Shown here: positions 61,710-64,000 of the stretch, piece after piece
Position numbering within the stretch: the stretch's first letter is position 1
Layout of the letters: each line of letters begins with the position of its first letter
Origin: a bacterium
GTDB lineage: Bacteria > Bacteroidota > Ignavibacteria > UBA10030
Direction of reading: 5' to 3'
Assembly: GCA_043803945.1 (NCBI GenBank)
Contig: JAZDJN010000054.1
Span: 1 to 64,000 of the forward strand
Length of the DNA: 64,000 nucleotides
Made by a program: the position numbers and the translations under genes
Notes under the pieces: generated by a model
What the model was told of the DNA's origin: nothing
Databases searched by the model: none
Seen by the model: the letters and a program-made list of their open reading frames with translations, nothing else

Positions 61710-63212
61710 ATGATGATCAGTCTTGATGAGTTTCTCGCGATCTCGCGAACATACAATGTTGTGCCGCTGGTAAAACGTATTTTGGCTGATATGCATACTC
61801 CCGTCTCTGCCTACCTTGCGATGAAGGAGGGCAGAGAATGTTCTTTCCTCCTGGAAAGTGCCGAAACGAACGAAACCTTTGGCCGGTATTCCTTTCTTGG
61901 CGTCGATCCGGTTTTACTGATACTTGTCAGAGAGGAGTCGATCGAGATTATCAAAGGCACGACTCGGGTGGAAAAGAAACAGCCGCTGCTGGATGAGCTG
62001 GCGGATCAGTGTGCCGCATTTCGCCAATACCCAATCCCCGGCGGAATCGGATTCAGCGGTGGTTTTCTGGGATATCTGGGATATGGATGTGTCCGTCAAT
62101 TTGAAACTGTCACGCTGAAGCAGAAGGTTCATCGCTCCGAGCCCGATGCCATGATTGGATTGTTTGAATCTGTTATCCAGTTCAACCATCGTGAGAACAT
62201 CATTCAGATTGTGCAAAATGTTATCATCGATCCGGAACAACCTCTGGATCGGCAATATGAGATAGGGCGGCAAAAATTAGAAACCATCGCATTGCGGCTT
62301 CTGAATAGTGCGATTGCGATAAACAATTTTTACAGCCCGGCAGCAGTTCCTAAGTACCTCGTGGAAAAGGCGATGTATTGTCAGTCTGTTGATGCTGCAA
62401 AGCGGTACATCAAGGAGGGTGATATTTTCCAGGTCGTTCTCTCCCGAAAAATCGAACTTCCTTATTCGGGCGATCCTTTTCCAGTCTATCGTGCTCTTCG
62501 TGTTATTAATCCATCGCCGTATCTTTTCTATCTCGATTTCGGAGAAGTGAAACTGATTGGCTCGTCTCCTGAGGTGTTAGTGAGAGTTCATGAAAAAACG
62601 ATAGAGCTGTTTCCCATCGCCGGCACACGAAGACGAGGGAAAACGGAGGAAGAAGATCGGCTGATTGAGGAGCATCTCCTGAACGACGAAAAGGAATTAG
62701 CCGAACATCATATGCTCATAGACCTCGGGAGAAACGATGTCGGCCGGGTGTCGGAGTTGGGGAGTGTTCATGTTCCAGTGAATAAGCGTATCGAGCGGTA
62801 TTCTCATGTCATGCATATCGTCTCAGAAGTACAGGGCACTCTCCAATCGGGTCACACAAGTCTGGATGTACTTCGTGCCTGTTTTCCGGCGGGGACGGTT
62901 ACCGGTGCCCCCAAGATCCGGGCAATCGAGATTATCGATGAGCTCGAATCATCGCCGCGAGGTCTCTATGCGGGGTCCGTCGGGTATATCGGTTTTAATG
63001 GCGATCTGGATATGTGCATTACGATCCGCACCATTATTGCATCGCGAGAGAAACTGTCAATTCAGGCAGGAGCAGGGATCGTTGCCGATTCTTTTCCGGA
63101 AAATGAATATAGAGAGACCGAGGCAAAAGCCCAGGCGCTGCTCGATGCGATCGCTCTGGCATCGCGGAAGTTTGAATTCATCACGCCTCTGGAGAAGGAG
63201 CGTGGAGCTTGA
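61710..63212 (+). CDS. trpE: Anthranilate synthase component I
   Basis: FLLES, GDIFQVVLS, NPSPYLFY, PIAGTRRRG and GTVTGAPKIRA. Confidence 0.95.
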   Translation: MMISLDEFLAISRTYNVVPLVKRILADMHTPVSAYLAMKEGRECSFLLESAETNETFGRYSFLGVDPVLLILVREESIEIIKGTTRVEKKQPLLDELADQCAAFRQYPIPGGIGFSGGFLGYLGYGCVRQFETVTLKQKVHRSEPDAMIGLFESVIQFNHRENIIQIVQNVIIDPEQPLDRQYEIGRQKLETIALRLLNSAIAINNFYSPAAVPKYLVEKAMYCQSVDAAKRYIKEGDIFQVVLSRKIELPYSGDPFPVYRALRVINPSPYLFYLDFGEVKLIGSSPEVLVRVHEKTIELFPIAGTRRRGKTEEEDRLIEEHLLNDEKELAEHHMLIDLGRNDVGRVSELGSVHVPVNKRIERYSHVMHIVSEVQGTLQSGHTSLDVLRACFPAGTVTGAPKIRAIEIIDELESSPRGLYAGSVGYIGFNGDLDMCITIRTIIASREKLSIQAGAGIVADSFPENEYRETEAKAQALLDAIALASRKFEFITPLEKERGA

Positions 63213-63796
63213 TTTTTGTTCTGGATAACTACGATTCGTTCACCTATAACCTCGTCCAGCTCGTCGGCAAGTATTCTCCGGATATTGTGGTGAAAAGAAA
63301 TAATAAGATTAGCGTTGAAGAAGTGAGAACAATGAAGCCGGACGGGATCATTATTTCTCCCGGACCGGGCAGGCCCGAGCGCGTTGGAATAACAGAACAA
63401 TTGATTCGGCAAATCGGAACCGACATCCCTCTGCTTGGTGTCTGTCTCGGCCATCAGGCAATCGGCTCGGTGTTCGGTGCTTCCGTAACGTATGCCCCCT
63501 CTCTTGTGCATGGAAAGGCAACACCAATCGTTCATTCAGGTTCAGCGCTGTTCTCTCAGATCCCAAATCCCTTTCTGGCAGGGAGATATCACTCCCTGGT
63601 TGTCAGTCGAGATGGATTCCCCGATGAACTCCGAATTACTGCCTCAACGAAGGATGGGATCATTATGGCTCTTGAGCATCGAAACTATCCGATCATCGGC
63701 GTTCAGTTCCACCCTGAGTCTATCCTTACACCGGTGGGCGAACAAATTATCCGGAATTGGCTGAAAGGAGTGGTGAAGGATGAAAGAACTTCTTGA
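63209..63796 (+). CDS. trpG: Anthranilate synthase component II (glutamine amidotransferase)
   Basis: DNYDSFTYNL, SPGPG, GVCLGHQ and QFHPES. Confidence 0.95.
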   Translation: MIFVLDNYDSFTYNLVQLVGKYSPDIVVKRNNKISVEEVRTMKPDGIIISPGPGRPERVGITEQLIRQIGTDIPLLGVCLGHQAIGSVFGASVTYAPSLVHGKATPIVHSGSALFSQIPNPFLAGRYHSLVVSRDGFPDELRITASTKDGIIMALEHRNYPIIGVQFHPESILTPVGEQIIRNWLKGVVKDERTS

Positions 63797-64000
63797 AAAA
63801 TGTTTAGCAGGGGAACATCTCACTTCCTCTGAGGCCTCGTCAGCTCTTGAGATGATGATGGATGGGAATGCAAGCGATGCCCTGATTGCAGGATTGCTGA
63901 TCGCCTTGCGGGTGAAAGGAGAGACGATCGATGAGGTCACTGGTTTTGCCAGAACGATGCGTGAACGTTCGGTACACATTTCCGTAAATGATCCAGATGC
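63780..64000 (+). CDS. trpD: Anthranilate phosphoribosyltransferase, N-terminal part (cut by window end)
   Basis: MKELLEKCLAGEHLT...IAGLLIALRVKGETIDEVTGFARTMR. Confidence 0.88.
   Translation, partial: MKELLEKCLAGEHLTSSEASSALEMMMDGNASDALIAGLLIALRVKGETIDEVTGFARTMRERSVHISVNDPD

Overview
Bacterial chromosomal window, most likely from an Ignavibacteria/Chlorobi/Bacteroidota-related (FCB) organism. This is inferred from the fused lpxC-fabZ, the uppS-bamA-skp-skp-lpxD-lpxA order and the GWxTD-like proteins. About 75% is housekeeping: clpC, outer-membrane and lipid A biogenesis, surE, a PPi-type PFK, mutS, an ECF sigma unit, a TetR-controlled ABC/TolC efflux operon, acnA, methylmalonyl-CoA pathway genes, and the start of a trp operon with a WWWRW attenuator leading into trpB2. 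The accessory part (about 30-54 kb) holds two tandem TPR/GWxTD-like proteins and a decayed Type I restriction-modification locus. In that locus, cargo genes (ORF6N, a 1227-codon PD-(D/E)XK protein broken by one TAG, DUF559) lie between duplicated fragments of hsd gene ends. A PP2C plus HerA-like ATPase pair follows. The most striking unexplained structure is a nested non-coding element. A conserved scaffold of about 130 bp occurs three times, each time split at the same position by an inner element with GAGGCTGTCYAAAA-type inverted termini. Each inner element carries a different REP-like doublet, and one of these carries further micro-palindrome insertions. Two candidate sRNAs were also found. 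No rRNA, tRNA or CRISPR array was recognised. All product calls come from motif recognition by eye, not database searches.
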